Shown here piece after piece: positions 24,266-39,500 of a stretch of DNA of 64,000 nt. The translations under genes and the position numbers were made by a program. Position 1 is the stretch's first letter. Every line of letters begins with the position of its first letter. This DNA is from Nemertoderma westbladi (lineage: Eukaryota; Animalia; Xenacoelomorpha), in NCBI GenBank assembly GCA_032718475.1, contig JAUCBJ010009095.1, forward strand, positions 1 through 64,000, written 5' to 3'. The notes under the pieces are model-generated. The model worked only from the letters and a program-made list of their open reading frames with translations. It made no database searches and had not been told where the DNA came from.

Positions 24266-24580
24266 CTGCTAACAATACATTTATAATAATATACATATTG
24301 TCTTAATGAAATTTTGACTATGATCATAAATAAGTTAGTAATAACAATGTTAATAATAAATTTATTAATTATTATTAACATCACAGCTGATAATACAACG
24401 GTCAGGTAATGTAACCTTTACAGCTCTATAAACAATACATCTGTGCACAGTCTGGTCGAGCCAATAAATAAATTTATAGTTGAATATATACGGGCTATAC
24501 GACAAACAATCGACTGTACCGTTCAACTGCAAACGCCGAGTATACACCAGTTACAGTGTACACCAGTTACAGTGTACACC

Positions 24581-27500
24581 ATAACAAATTCTTACCCCTC
24601 AATGTAACAACTCCAGTAATAATAACAAATTCTTACCCCTCAATGTAACAACTCCAGTAATAATAACAAATTCTTACCCCTCAATATAACAACTCCAGTA
24701 ATAATAACAAATTCTTACCCCTCAATGTAACAACTCCAGTAATAATAACAAATTCTTACCCCTCAATGTAACAACTCCAGTAATAATAACAAATTCTTAC
24801 CCCTCAATGTAACAACTCCAGTAATAATAACAAATTCTTACCCATCAATGTAACAACTCCAGTAATAATAACAAATTCTTACCCCTCCATGTAACAACTC
24901 CAGTAATAATAACAAATTCTTACCCCTCAATGTAACAACTCCAGTAATAATAACAAATTCTTACCCCACAATGTAACAACTCCAGTAATAATAACAAATT
25001 CTTACCCCTCAATGTAACAACTCCAGTAATAATAACAAATTCTTACCCCTCAATGTAACAACTCCAGTAATAATAACAAATTCTTACCCCTCAATGTAAC
25101 AACTCCAGTAATAATAACAAATTCTTACCCCTCAATGTAACAACTCCAGTAATAATAACAAATTCTTACCCCTCAATGTAACAACTCCAGTAATAATAAC
25201 AAATTCTTACCCCTCAATGTAACTAACAACTCCAGTAATAATAACAAATTCTTACCCCTCAATGTAACAACTCCAGTAATAATAACAAATTCTTACCCAT
25301 CAATGTAACAACTCCAGTAATAATAACAAATTCTTACCCCTCAATGTAACAACTCCAGTAATAATAACAAATTCTTACCCCACAATGTAACAACTCCAGT
25401 AATAATAACAAATTCTTACCCCTCAATGTAACAACTCCAGTAATAATAACAAATTCTTACCCCTCAATGTAACAACTCCAGTAATAATAACAAATTCTTA
25501 CCCCTCAATGTAACAACTCCAGTAATAATAACAAATTCTTACCCCTCAATGTAACAACTCCAGTAATAATAACAAATTCTTACCCCTCAATGTAACAACT
25601 CCAGTAATAATAACAAATTCTTACCCCTCAATGTAACAACTCCAGTAATAATAACAAATTCTTACCCCTCAATGTAACAACTCCAGTAATAATAACAAAT
25701 TCTTACCCCTCAATGTAACAACTCCAGTAATAATAACAAATTCTTACCCCTCAATGTAACAACTCCAGTAATAATAACAAATTCTTACCCCTCAATGTAA
25801 CAACTCCAGTAATAATAACAAATTCTTACCCATCAATGTAACAACTCCAGTAATAATAACAAATTCTTACCCCTCAATGTAACAACTCCAGTAATAATAA
25901 CAAATTCTTACCCCTCAATATAACAACTCCAGTAATAATAACAAATTCTTACCCCTCAATGTAACAACTCCAGTAATAATAACAAATTCTTACCCCACAA
26001 TGTAACAACTCCAGTAATAATAACAAATTCTTACCCCTCAATGTAACAACTCCAGTAATAATAACAAATTCTTACCCCACAATGTAACAACTCCAGTAAT
26101 AATAACAAATTCTTACCCCTCAATGTAACAACTCCAGTAATAATAACAAATTCTTACCCCTCAATGTAACAACTCCAGTAATAATAACAAATTCTTACCC
26201 CTCAATGTAACTAACAACTCCAGTAATAATAACAAATTCTTACCCCTCAATGTAACAACTCCAGTAATAATAACAAATTCTTACCCCTCCATGTAACAAC
26301 TCCAGTAATAATAACAAATTCTTACCCCTCAATGTAACAACTCCAGTAATAATAACAAATTCTTACCCCTCAATATAACAACTCCAGTAATAATAACAAA
26401 TTCTTACCCCTCAATGTAACAACTCCAGTAATAATAACAAATTCTTACCCCTCAATATAACAACTCCAGTAATAATAACAAATTCTTACCCCTCAATGTA
26501 ACAACTCCAGTAATAATAACAAATTCTTACCCCTCAATGTAACAACTCCAGTAATAATAACAAATTCTTACCCCTCCATGTAACAACTCCAGTAATAATA
26601 ACAAATTCTTACCCATCAATGTAACAACTCCAATAATAATAACAAATTCTTACCCCTCAATATAACAACTCCAGTAATAATAACAAATTCTTACCCCTCA
26701 ATGTAACAACTCCAGTAATAATAACAAATTCTTACCCCTCCATGTAACAACTCCAGTAATAATAACAAATTCTTACCCATCAATGTAACAACTCCAATAA
26801 TAATAACAAATTCTTACCCCTCAATGTAACAACTCCAGTAATAATAACAAATTCTTACCCCTCCATGTAACAACTCCAGTAATAATAACAAATTCTTACC
26901 CCTCAATGTAACAACTCCAGTAATAATAACAAATTCTTACCCTCAATATAACAACTCCAATAATAATAACAAATTCTTACCCCTCAATATAACAACTCCA
27001 GTAATAATAACAAATTCTTACCCCTCCATGTAACAACTCCAGTAATAATAACAAATTCTTACCCTCAATATAACAACTCCAATAATAATAACAAATTCTT
27101 ACCCCTCAATATAACAACTCCAGTAATAATAACAAATTCTTACCCCTCAATGTAACAACTCCAGTAATAATAACAAATTCTTACCCCTCAATGTAACAAC
27201 TCCAGTAATAATAACAAATTCTTACCCTCAATATAACAACTCCAGTAATAATAACAAATTCTTACCCCTCAATATAACAACTCCAGTAATAATAACAAAT
27301 TCTTACCCCTCAATGTAACAACTCCAGTAATAATAACAAATTCTTACCCCTCAATATAACAACTCCAGTAATAATAACAAATTCTTACCCCTCAATGTAA
27401 CAACTCCAGTAATAATAACAAATTCTTACCCCTCAATGTAACAACTCCAGTAATAATAACAAATTCTTACCCCTCAATATAACAACTCCAGTAATAATAA

Positions 27501-30500
27501 CAAATTCTTACCCCTCAATGTAACAACTCCAGTAATAATAACAAATTCTTACCCCTCAATGTAACAACTCCAGTAATAATAACAAATTCTTACCCCTCAA
27601 TGTAACAACTCCAGTAATAATAACAAATTCTTACCCCTCAATGTAACAACTCCAGTAATAATAACAAATTCTTACCCCTCAATGTAACAACTCCAGTAAT
27701 AATAACAAATTCTTACCCCTCAATGTAACAACTCCAGTAATAATAACAAATTCTTACCCCTCAATGTAACAACTCCAGTAATAATAACAAATTCTTACCC
27801 CTCAATGTAACAACTCCAGTAATAATAACAAATTCTTACCCCTCAATGTAACAACTCCAGTAATAATAACAAATTCTTACCCCTCAATGTAACAACTCCA
27901 GTAATAATAACAAATTCTTACCCCTCAATGTAACAACTCCAGTAATAATAACAAATTCTTACCCATCAATGTAACAACTCCAGTAATAATAACAAATTCT
28001 TACCCCTCAATATAACAACTCCAGTAATAATAACAAATTCTTACCCATCAATATAACAACTCCAGTAATAATAACAAATTCTTACCCCTCAATGTAACAA
28101 CTCCAGTAATAATAACAAATTCTTACCCCTCAATGTAACAACTCCAGTAATAATAACAAATTCTTACCCCTCAATGTAACAACTCCAGTAATAATAACAA
28201 ATTCTTACCCCTCAATGTAACAACTCCAGTAATAATAACAAATTCTTACCCCTCAATGTAACAACTCCAGTAATAATAACAAATTCTTACCCCTCAATGT
28301 AACAACTCCAGTAATAATAACAAATTCTTACCCCTCAATGTAACAACTCCAGTAATAATAACAAATTCTTACCCCTCAATATAACAACTCCAGTAATAAT
28401 AACAAATTTTTACCCCTCAATATAACAACTCCAGTAATAATAACAAATTCTTACCCATCAATATAACAACTCCAGTAATAATAACAAATTCTTACCCCTC
28501 AATGTAACAACTCCAGTAATAATAACAAATTCTTACCCCTCAATGTAACAACTCCAGTAATAATAACAAATTCTTACCCCTCAATGTAACAACTCCAGTA
28601 ATAATAACAAATTCTTACCCCTCAATGTAACAACTCCAGTAATAATAACAAATTCTTACCCCTCAATGTAACAACTCCAGTAATAATAACAAATTCTTAC
28701 CCCTCAATGTAACAACTCCAGTAATAATAACAAATTCTTACCCCTCAATGTAACAACTCCAGTAATAATAACAAATTCTTACCCCTCAATGTAACAACTC
28801 CAGTAATAATAACAAATTCTTACCCCTCCATGTAACAACTCCAGTAATAATAACAAATTCTTACCCATCAATGTAACAACTCCAGTAATAATAACAAATT
28901 CTTACCCCTCAATGTAACAACTCCAGTAATAATAACAAATTCTTACCCCTCAATGTAACAACTCCAGTAATAATAACAAATTCTTACCCCTCAATGTAAC
29001 AACTCCAGTAATAATAACAAATTCTTACCCCTCAATGTAACAACTCCAGTAATAATAACAAATTCTTACCCCTCAATGTAACAACTCCAGTAATAATAAC
29101 AAATTCTTACCCCTCCATGTAACAACTCCAGTAATAATAACAAATTCTTACCCCTCAATGTAACAACTCCAGTAATAATAACAAATTCTTACCCCTCAAT
29201 GTAACAACTCCAGTAATAATAACAAATTCTTACCCCTCAATGTAACAACTCCAGTAATAATAACAAATTCTTACCCATCAATGTAACAACTCCAATAATA
29301 ATAACAAATTCTTACCCCTCAATGTAACAACTCCAGTAATAATAACAAATTCTTACCCCTCAATGTAACAACTCCAGTAATAATAACAAATTCTTACCCC
29401 TCCATGTAACAACTCCAGTAATAATAACAAATTCTTACCCCTCAATGTAACAACTCCAGTAATAATAACAAATTCTTACCCCTCAATGTAACAACTCCAG
29501 TAATAATAACAAATTCTTACCCCTCAATGTAACAACTCCAGTAATAATAACAAATTCTTACCCCTCAATGTAACAACTCCAGTAATAATAACAAATTCTT
29601 ACCCCTCAATGTAACAACTCCAGTAATAATAACAAATTCTTACCCATCAATGTAACAACTCCAGTAATAATAACAAATTCTTACCCATCAATGTAACAAC
29701 TCCAGTAATAATAACAAATTCTTACCCATCAATGTAACAACTCCAGTAATAATAACAAATTCTTACCCATCAATGTAACAACTCCAATAATAATAACAAA
29801 TTCTTACCCCTCAATGTAACAACTCCAGTAATAATAACAAATTCTTACCCATCAATGTAACAACTCCAGTAATAATAACAAATTCTTACCCATCAATGTA
29901 ACAACTCCAGTAATAATAACAAATTCTTACCCATCAATGTAACAACTCCAGTAATAATAACAAATTCTTACCCCTCAATGTAACAACTCCAGTAATAATA
30001 ACAAATTCTTACCCCTCAATGTAACAACTCCAGTAATAATAACAAATTCTTACCCATCAATGTAACAACTCCAATAATAATAACAAATTCTTACCCCTCA
30101 ATGTAACAACTCCAGTAATAATAACAAATTCTTACCCCTCAATGTAACAACTCCAGTAATAATAACAAATTCTTACCCATCAATGTAACAACTCCAATAA
30201 TAATAACAAATTCTTACCCCTCAATGTAACAACTCCAGTAATAATAACAAATTCTTACCCCTCAATGTAACAACTCCAGTAATAATAACAAATTCTTACC
30301 CCTCAATGTAACAACTCCAGTAATAATAACAAATTCTTACCCCTCAATGTAACAACTCCAGTAATAATAACAAATTCTTACCCATCAATGTAACAACTCC
30401 AGTAATAATAACAAATTCTTACCCCTCAATATAACAACTCCAGTAATAATAACAAATTCTTACCCCTCAATATAACAACTCCAGTAATAATAACAAATTC

Positions 30501-33500
30501 TTACCCCTCAATATAACAACTCCAGTAATAATAACAAATTCTTACCCATCAATGTAACAACTCCAATAATAATAACAAATTCTTACCCCTCAATATAACA
30601 ACTCCAGTAATAATAACAAATTCTTACCCCTCAATGTAACAACTCCAGTAATAATAACAAATTCTTACCCCTCCATGTAACAACTCCAGTAATAATAACA
30701 AATTCTTACCCATCAATGTAACAACTCCAATAATAATAACAAATTCTTACCCCTCAATGTAACAACTCCAGTAATAATAACAAATTCTTACCCCTCAATG
30801 TAACTAACAACTCCAGTAATAATAACAAATTCTTACCCCTCAATGTAACAACTCCAGTAATAATAACAAATTCTTACCCATCAATGTAACAACTCCAGTA
30901 ATAATAACAAATTCTTACCCCTCAATGTAACAACTCCAGTAATAATAACAAATTCTTACCCCACAATGTAACAACTCCAGTAATAATAACAAATTCTTAC
31001 CCATCAATGTAACAACTCCAATAATAATAACAAATTCTTACCCCTCAATATAACAACTCCAGTAATAATAACAAATTCTTACCCCTCAATGTAACAACTC
31101 CAGTAATAATAACAAATTCTTACCCATCAATGTAACAACTCCAATAATAATAACAAATTCTTACCCCTCAATGTAACAACTCCAGTAATAATAACAAATT
31201 CTTACCCCTCAATGTAACAACTCCAGTAATAATAACAAATTCTTACCCCTCAATGTAACAACTCCAGTAATAATAACAAATTCTTACCCCTCAATGTAAC
31301 AACTCCAGTAATAATAACAAATTCTTACCCCTCAATGTAACAACTCCAGTAATAATAACAAATTCTTACCCCTCAATGTAACAACTCCAGTAATAATAAC
31401 AAATTCTTACCCCTCAATGTAACTAACAACTCCAGTAATAATAACAAATTCTTACCCCTCAATGTAACAACTCCAGTAATAATAACAAATTCTTACCCAT
31501 CAATGTAACAACTCCAGTAATAATAACAAATTCTTACCCCTCAATGTAACAACTCCAGTAATAATAACAAATTCTTACCCCTCAATGTAACAACTCCAGT
31601 AATAATAACAAATTCTTACCCCTCAATGTAACAACTCCAGTAATAATAACAAATTCTTACCCCTCAATGTAACAACTCCAGTAATAATAACAAATTCTTA
31701 CCCCTCAATGTAACAACTCCAGTAATAATAACAAATTCTTACCCCTCAATGTAACAACTCCAGTAATAATAACAAATTCTTACCCCTCAATGTAACAACT
31801 CCAGTAATAATAACAAATTCTTACCCCTCAATGTAACAACTCCAGTAATAATAACAAATTCTTACCCCTCAATGTAACAACTCCAGTAATAATAACAAAT
31901 TCTTACCCCTCAATGTAACAACTCCAGTAATAATAACAAATTCTTACCCCTCAATGTAACAACTCCAGTAATAATAACAAATTCTTACCCCTCAATGTAA
32001 CAACTCCAGTAATAATAACAAATTCTTACCCCTCAATGTAACAACTCCAGTAATAATAACAAATTCTTACCCCTCAATGTAACAACTCCAGTAATAATAA
32101 CAAATTCTTACCCCTCAATGTAACAACTCCAGTAATAATAACAAATTCTTACCCCTCAATGTAACAACTCCAGTAATAATAACAAATTCTTACCCCTCAA
32201 TGTAACAACTCCAGTAATAATAACAAATTCTTACCCCTCAATGTAACAACTCCAGTAATAATAACAAATTCTTACCCCTCAATGTAACAACTCCAGTAAT
32301 AATAACAAATTCTTACCCCTCAATGTAACAACTCCAGTAATAATAACAAATTCTTACCCCTCAATGTAACAACTCCAGTAATAATAACAAATTCTTACCC
32401 CTCAATGTAACAACTCCAGTAATAATAACAAATTCTTACCCCTCAATGTAACAACTCCAGTAATAATAACAAATTCTTACCCCTCAATGTAACAACTCCA
32501 GTAATAATAACAAATTCTTACCCCTCAATGTAACAACTCCAGTAATAATAACAAATTCTTACCCCTCAATGTAACAACTCCAGTAATAATAACAAATTCT
32601 TACCCCTCAATGTAACAACTCCAGTAATAATAACAAATTCTTACCCCTCAATGTAACAACTCCAGTAATAATAACAAATTCTTACCCCTCAATGTAACAA
32701 CTCCAGTAATAATAACAAATTCTTACCCCTCAATGTAACAACTCCAGTAATAATAACAAATTCTTACCCCTCAATGTAACAACTCCAGTAATAATAACAA
32801 ATTCTTACCCCTCAATGTAACAACTCCAGTAATAATAACAAATTCTTACCCCTCAATGTAACAACTCCAGTAATAATAACAAATTCTTACCCCTCAATGT
32901 AACAACTCCAGTAATAATAACAAATTCTTACCCCTCAATGTAACAACTCCAGTAATAATAACAAATTCTTACCCCTCAATGTAACAACTCCAGTAATAAT
33001 AACAAATTCTTACCCCTCAATGTAACAACTCCAGTAATAATAACAAATTCTTACCCCTCAATGTAACAACTCCAGTAATAATAACAAATTCTTACCCCTC
33101 AATGTAACAACTCCAGTAATAATAACAAATTCTTACCCCTCAATGTAACAACTCCAGTAATAATAACAAATTCTTACCCCTCAATGTAACAACTCCAGTA
33201 ATAATAACAAATTCTTACCCCTCAATGTAACAACTCCAGTAATAATAACAAATTCTTACCCCTCAATGTAACAACTCCAGTAATAATAACAAATTCTTAC
33301 CCCTCAATGTAACAACTCCAGTAATAATAACAAATTCTTACCCCTCAATGTAACAACTCCAGTAATAATAACAAATTCTTACCCCTCAATGTAACAACTC
33401 CAGTAATAATAACAAATTCTTACCCCTCAATGTAACAACTCCAGTAATAATAACAAATTCTTACCCCTCAATGTAACAACTCCAGTAATAATAACAAATT

Positions 33501-36500
33501 CTTACCCCTCAATGTAACAACTCCAGTAATAATAACAAATTCTTACCCCTCAATGTAACAACTCCAGTAATAATAACAAATTCTTACCCCTCAATGTAAC
33601 AACTCCAGTAATAATAACAAATTCTTACCCCTCAATGTAACAACTCCAGTAATAATAACAAATTCTTACCCCTCAATGTAACAACTCCAGTAATAATAAC
33701 AAATTCTTACCCCTCAATGTAACAACTCCAGTAATAATAACAAATTCTTACCCCTCAATGTAACAACTCCAGTAATAATAACAAATTCTTACCCCTCAAT
33801 GTAACAACTCCAGTAATAATAACAAATTCTTACCCCTCAATGTAACAACTCCAGTAATAATAACAAATTCTTACCCCTCAATGTAACAACTCCAGTAATA
33901 ATAACAAATTCTTACCCCTCAATGTAACAACTCCAGTAATAATAACAAATTCTTACCCCTCAATGTAACAACTCCAGTAATAATAACAAATTCTTACCCC
34001 TCAATGTAACAACTCCAGTAATAATAACAAATTCTTACCCCTCAATGTAACAACTCCAGTAATAATAACAAATTCTTACCCCTCAATGTAACAACTCCAG
34101 TAATAATAACAAATTCTTACCCCTCAATGTAACAACTCCAGTAATAATAACAAATTCTTACCCCTCAATGTAACAACTCCAGTAATAATAACAAATTCTT
34201 ACCCCTCAATGTAACAACTCCAGTAATAATAACAAATTCTTACCCCTCAATGTAACAACTCCAGTAATAATAACAAATTCTTACCCCTCAATGTAACAAC
34301 TCCAGTAATAATAACAAATTCTTACCCCTCAATGTAACAACTCCAGTAATAATAACAAATTCTTACCCCTCAATGTAACAACTCCAGTAATAATAACAAA
34401 TTCTTACCCCTCAATGTAACAACTCCAGTAATAATAACAAATTCTTACCCCTCAATGTAACAACTCCAGTAATAATAACAAATTCTTACCCCTCAATGTA
34501 ACAACTCCAGTAATAATAACAAATTCTTACCCCTCAATGTAACAACTCCAGTAATAATAACAAATTCTTACCCCTCAATGTAACAACTCCAGTAATAATA
34601 ACAAATTCTTACCCCTCAATGTAACAACTCCAGTAATAATAACAAATTCTTACCCCTCAATGTAACAACTCCAGTAATAATAACAAATTCTTACCCCTCA
34701 ATGTAACAACTCCAGTAATAATAACAAATTCTTACCCCTCAATGTAACAACTCCAGTAATAATAACAAATTCTTACCCCTCAATGTAACAACTCCAGTAA
34801 TAATAACAAATTCTTACCCCTCAATGTAACAACTCCAGTAATAATAACAAATTCTTACCCATCAATGTAACAACTCCAGTAATAATAACAAATTCTTACC
34901 CCTCAATGTAACAACTCCAGTAATAATAACAAATTCTTACCCCTCAATGTAACAACTCCAGTAATAATAACAAATTCTTACCCCTCAATGTAACAACTCC
35001 AGTAATAATAACAAATTCTTACCCCTCAATGTAACAACTCCAGTAATAATAACAAATTCTTACCCCTCAATGTAACAACTCCAGTAATAATAACAAATTC
35101 TTACCCCTCAATGTAACAACTCCAGTAATAATAACAAATTCTTACCCCTCAATGTAACAACTCCAGTAATAATAACAAATTCTTACCCCTCAATGTAACA
35201 ACTCCAGTAATAATAACAAATTCTTACCCCTCAATGTAACAACTCCAGTAATAATAACAAATTCTTACCCCTCAATGTAACAACTCCAGTAATAATAACA
35301 AATTCTTACCCCTCAATGTAACAACTCCAGTAATAATAACAAATTCTTACCCCTCAATGTAACAACTCCAGTAATAATAACAAATTCTTACCCCTCAATG
35401 TAACAACTCCAGTAATAATAACAAATTCTTACCCCTCAATGTAACAACTCCAGTAATAATAACAAATTCTTACCCCTCAATGTAACAACTCCAGTAATAA
35501 TAACAAATTCTTACCCCTCAATGTAACAACTCCAGTAATAATAACAAATTCTTACCCCTCAATGTAACAACTCCAGTAATAATAACAAATTCTTACCCCT
35601 CAATGTAACAACTCCAGTAATAATAACAAATTCTTACCCCTCAATGTAACAACTCCAGTAATAATAACAAATTCTTACCCCTCAATGTAACAACTCCAGT
35701 AATAATAACAAATTCTTACCCCTCAATGTAACAACTCCAGTAATAATAACAAATTCTTACCCCTCAATGTAACAACTCCAGTAATAATAACAAATTCTTA
35801 CCCCTCAATGTAACAACTCCAGTAATAATAACAAATTCTTACCCCTCAATGTAACAACTCCAGTAATAATAACAAATTCTTACCCCTCAATGTAACAACT
35901 CCAGTAATAATAACAAATTCTTACCCCTCAATGTAACAACTCCAGTAATAATAACAAATTCTTACCCCTCAATGTAACAACTCCAGTAATAATAACAAAT
36001 TCTTACCCCTCAATGTAACAACTCCAGTAATAATAACAAATTCTTACCCCTCAATGTAACAACTCCAGTAATAATAACAAATTCTTACCCATCAATGTAA
36101 CAACTCCAGTAATAATAACAAATTCTTACCCCTCAATGTAACAACTCCAGTAATAATAACAAATTCTTACCCCTCAATGTAACAACTCCAGTAATAATAA
36201 CAAATTCTTACCCCTCAATGTAACAACTCCAGTAATAATAACAAATTCTTACCCCTCAATGTAACAACTCCAGTAATAATAACAAATTCTTACCCCTCAA
36301 TGTAACAACTCCAGTAATAATAACAAATTCTTACCCATCAATGTAACAACTCCAGTAATAATAACAAATTCTTACCCCTCAATGTAACAACTCCAGTAAT
36401 AATAACAAATTCTTACCCCTCAATGTAACAACTCCAGTAATAATAACAAATTCTTACCCATCAATGTAACAACTCCAGTAATAATAACAAATTCTTACCC

Positions 36501-39500
36501 CTCAATGTAACAACTCCAGTAATAATAACAAATTCTTACCCCTCAATGTAACAACTCCAGTAATAATAACAAATTCTTACCCATCAATGTAACAACTCCA
36601 GTAATAATAACAAATTCTTACCCCTCAATGTAACAACTCCAGTAATAATAACAAATTCTTACCCCTCAATGTAACAACTCCAGTAATAATAACAAATTCT
36701 TACCCCTCAATGTAACAACTCCAGTAATAATAACAAATTCTTACCCCTCAATGTAACAACTCCAGTAATAATAACAAATTCTTACCCCTCAATGTAACAA
36801 CTCCAGTAATAATAACAAATTCTTACCCCTCAATGTAACAACTCCAGTAATAATAACAAATTCTTACCCCTCAATGTAACAACTCCAGTAATAATAACAA
36901 ATTCTTACCCCTCAATGTAACAACTCCAGTAATAATAACAAATTCTTACCCCTCAATGTAACAACTCCAGTAATAATAACAAATTCTTACCCCTCAATGT
37001 AACAACTCCAGTAATAATAACAAATTCTTACCCCTCAATGTAACAACTCCAGTAATAATAACAAATTCTTACCCCTCAATGTAACAACTCCAGTAATAAT
37101 AACAAATTCTTACCCCTCAATGTAACAACTCCAGTAATAATAACAAATTCTTACCCCTCAATGTAACAACTCCAGTAATAATAACAAATTCTTACCCCTC
37201 AATGTAACAACTCCAGTAATAATAACAAATTCTTACCCCTCAATGTAACAACTCCAGTAATAATAACAAATTCTTACCCCTCAATGTAACAACTCCAGTA
37301 ATAATAACAAATTCTTACCCATCAATGTAACAACTCCAGTAATAATAACAAATTCTTACCCCTCAATGTAACAACTCCAGTAATAATAACAAATTCTTAC
37401 CCCTCAATGTAACAACTCCAGTAATAATAACAAATTCTTACCCCTCAATGTAACAACTCCAGTAATAATAACAAATTCTTACCCCTCAATGTAACAACTC
37501 CAGTAATAATAACAAATTCTTACCCCTCAATGTAACAACTCCAGTAATAATAACAAATTCTTACCCCTCAATGTAACAACTCCAGTAATAATAACAAATT
37601 CTTACCCCTCAATGTAACAACTCCAGTAATAATAACAAATTCTTACCCCTCAATGTAACAACTCCAGTAATAATAACAAATTCTTACCCATCAATGTAAC
37701 AACTCCAGTAATAATAACAAATTCTTACCCCTCAATGTAACAACTCCAGTAATAATAACAAATTCTTACCCCTCAATGTAACAACTCCAGTAATAATAAC
37801 AAATTCTTACCCCTCAATGTAACAACTCCAGTAATAATAACAAATTCTTACCCCTCAATGTAACAACTCCAGTAATAATAACAAATTCTTACCCCTCAAT
37901 GTAACAACTCCAGTAATAATAACAAATTCTTACCCCTCAATGTAACAACTCCAGTAATAATAACAAATTCTTACCCATCAATGTAACAACTCCAGTAATA
38001 ATAACAAATTCTTACCCCTCAATGTAACAACTCCAGTAATAATAACAAATTCTTACCCCTCAATGTAACAACTCCAGTAATAATAACAAATTCTTACCCC
38101 TCAATGTAACAACTCCAGTAATAATAACAAATTCTTACCCCTCAATGTAACAACTCCAGTAATAATAACAAATTCTTACCCCTCAATGTAACAACTCCAG
38201 TAATAATAACAAATTCTTACCCCTCAATGTAACAACTCCAGTAATAATAACAAATTCTTACCCCTCAATGTAACAACTCCAGTAATAATAACAAATTCTT
38301 ACCCCTCAATGTAACAACTCCAGTAATAATAACAAATTCTTACCCCTCAATGTAACAACTCCAGTAATAATAACAAATTCTTACCCCTCAATGTAACAAC
38401 TCCAGTAATAATAACAAATTCTTACCCCTCAATGTAACAACTCCAGTAATAATAACAAATTCTTACCCCTCAATGTAACAACTCCAGTAATAATAACAAA
38501 TTCTTACCCCTCAATGTAACAACTCCAGTAATAATAACAAATTCTTACCCCTCAATGTAACAACTCCAGTAATAATAACAAATTCTTACCCCTCAATGTA
38601 ACAACTCCAGTAATAATAACAAATTCTTACCCCTCAATGTAACAACTCCAGTAATAATAACAAATTCTTACCCCTCAATGTAACAACTCCAGTAATAATA
38701 ACAAATTCTTACCCCTCAATGTAACAACTCCAGTAATAATAACAAATTCTTACCCCTCAATGTAACAACTCCAGTAATAATAACAAATTCTTACCCCTCA
38801 ATGTAACAACTCCAGTAATAATAACAAATTCTTACCCCTCAATGTAACAACTCCAGTAATAATAACAAATTCTTACCCCTCAATGTAACAACTCCAGTAA
38901 TAATAACAAATTCTTACCCCTCAATGTAACAACTCCAGTAATAATAACAAATTCTTACCCCTCAATGTAACAACTCCAGTAATAATAACAAATTCTTACC
39001 CCTCAATGTAACAACTCCAGTAATAATAACAAATTCTTACCCCTCAATGTAACAACTCCAGTAATAATAACAAATTCTTACCCCTCAATGTAACAACTCC
39101 AGTAATAATAACAAATTCTTACCCATCAATGTAACAACTCCAGTAATAATAACAAATTCTTACCCCTCAATGTAACAACTCCAGTAATAATAACAAATTC
39201 TTACCCCTCAATGTAACAACTCCAGTAATAATAACAAATTCTTACCCCTCAATGTAACAACTCCAGTAATAATAACAAATTCTTACCCATCAATGTAACA
39301 ACTCCAGTAATAATAACAAATTCTTACCCATCAATGTAACAACTCCAGTAATAATAACAAATTCTTACCCCTCAATGTAACAACTCCAGTAATAATAACA
39401 AATTCTTACCCCTCAATGTAACAACTCCAGTAATAATAACAAATTCTTACCCNNNNNNNNNNNNNNNNNNNNNNNNNNNNNNNNNNNNNNNNNNNNNNNN

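Noticed and set aside
24266-24547. ATG-initiated start of ORF 23961-24296, and ORF 24365-24547
   Set aside because: Intronic sequence; the real exon begins at the acceptor at 24265
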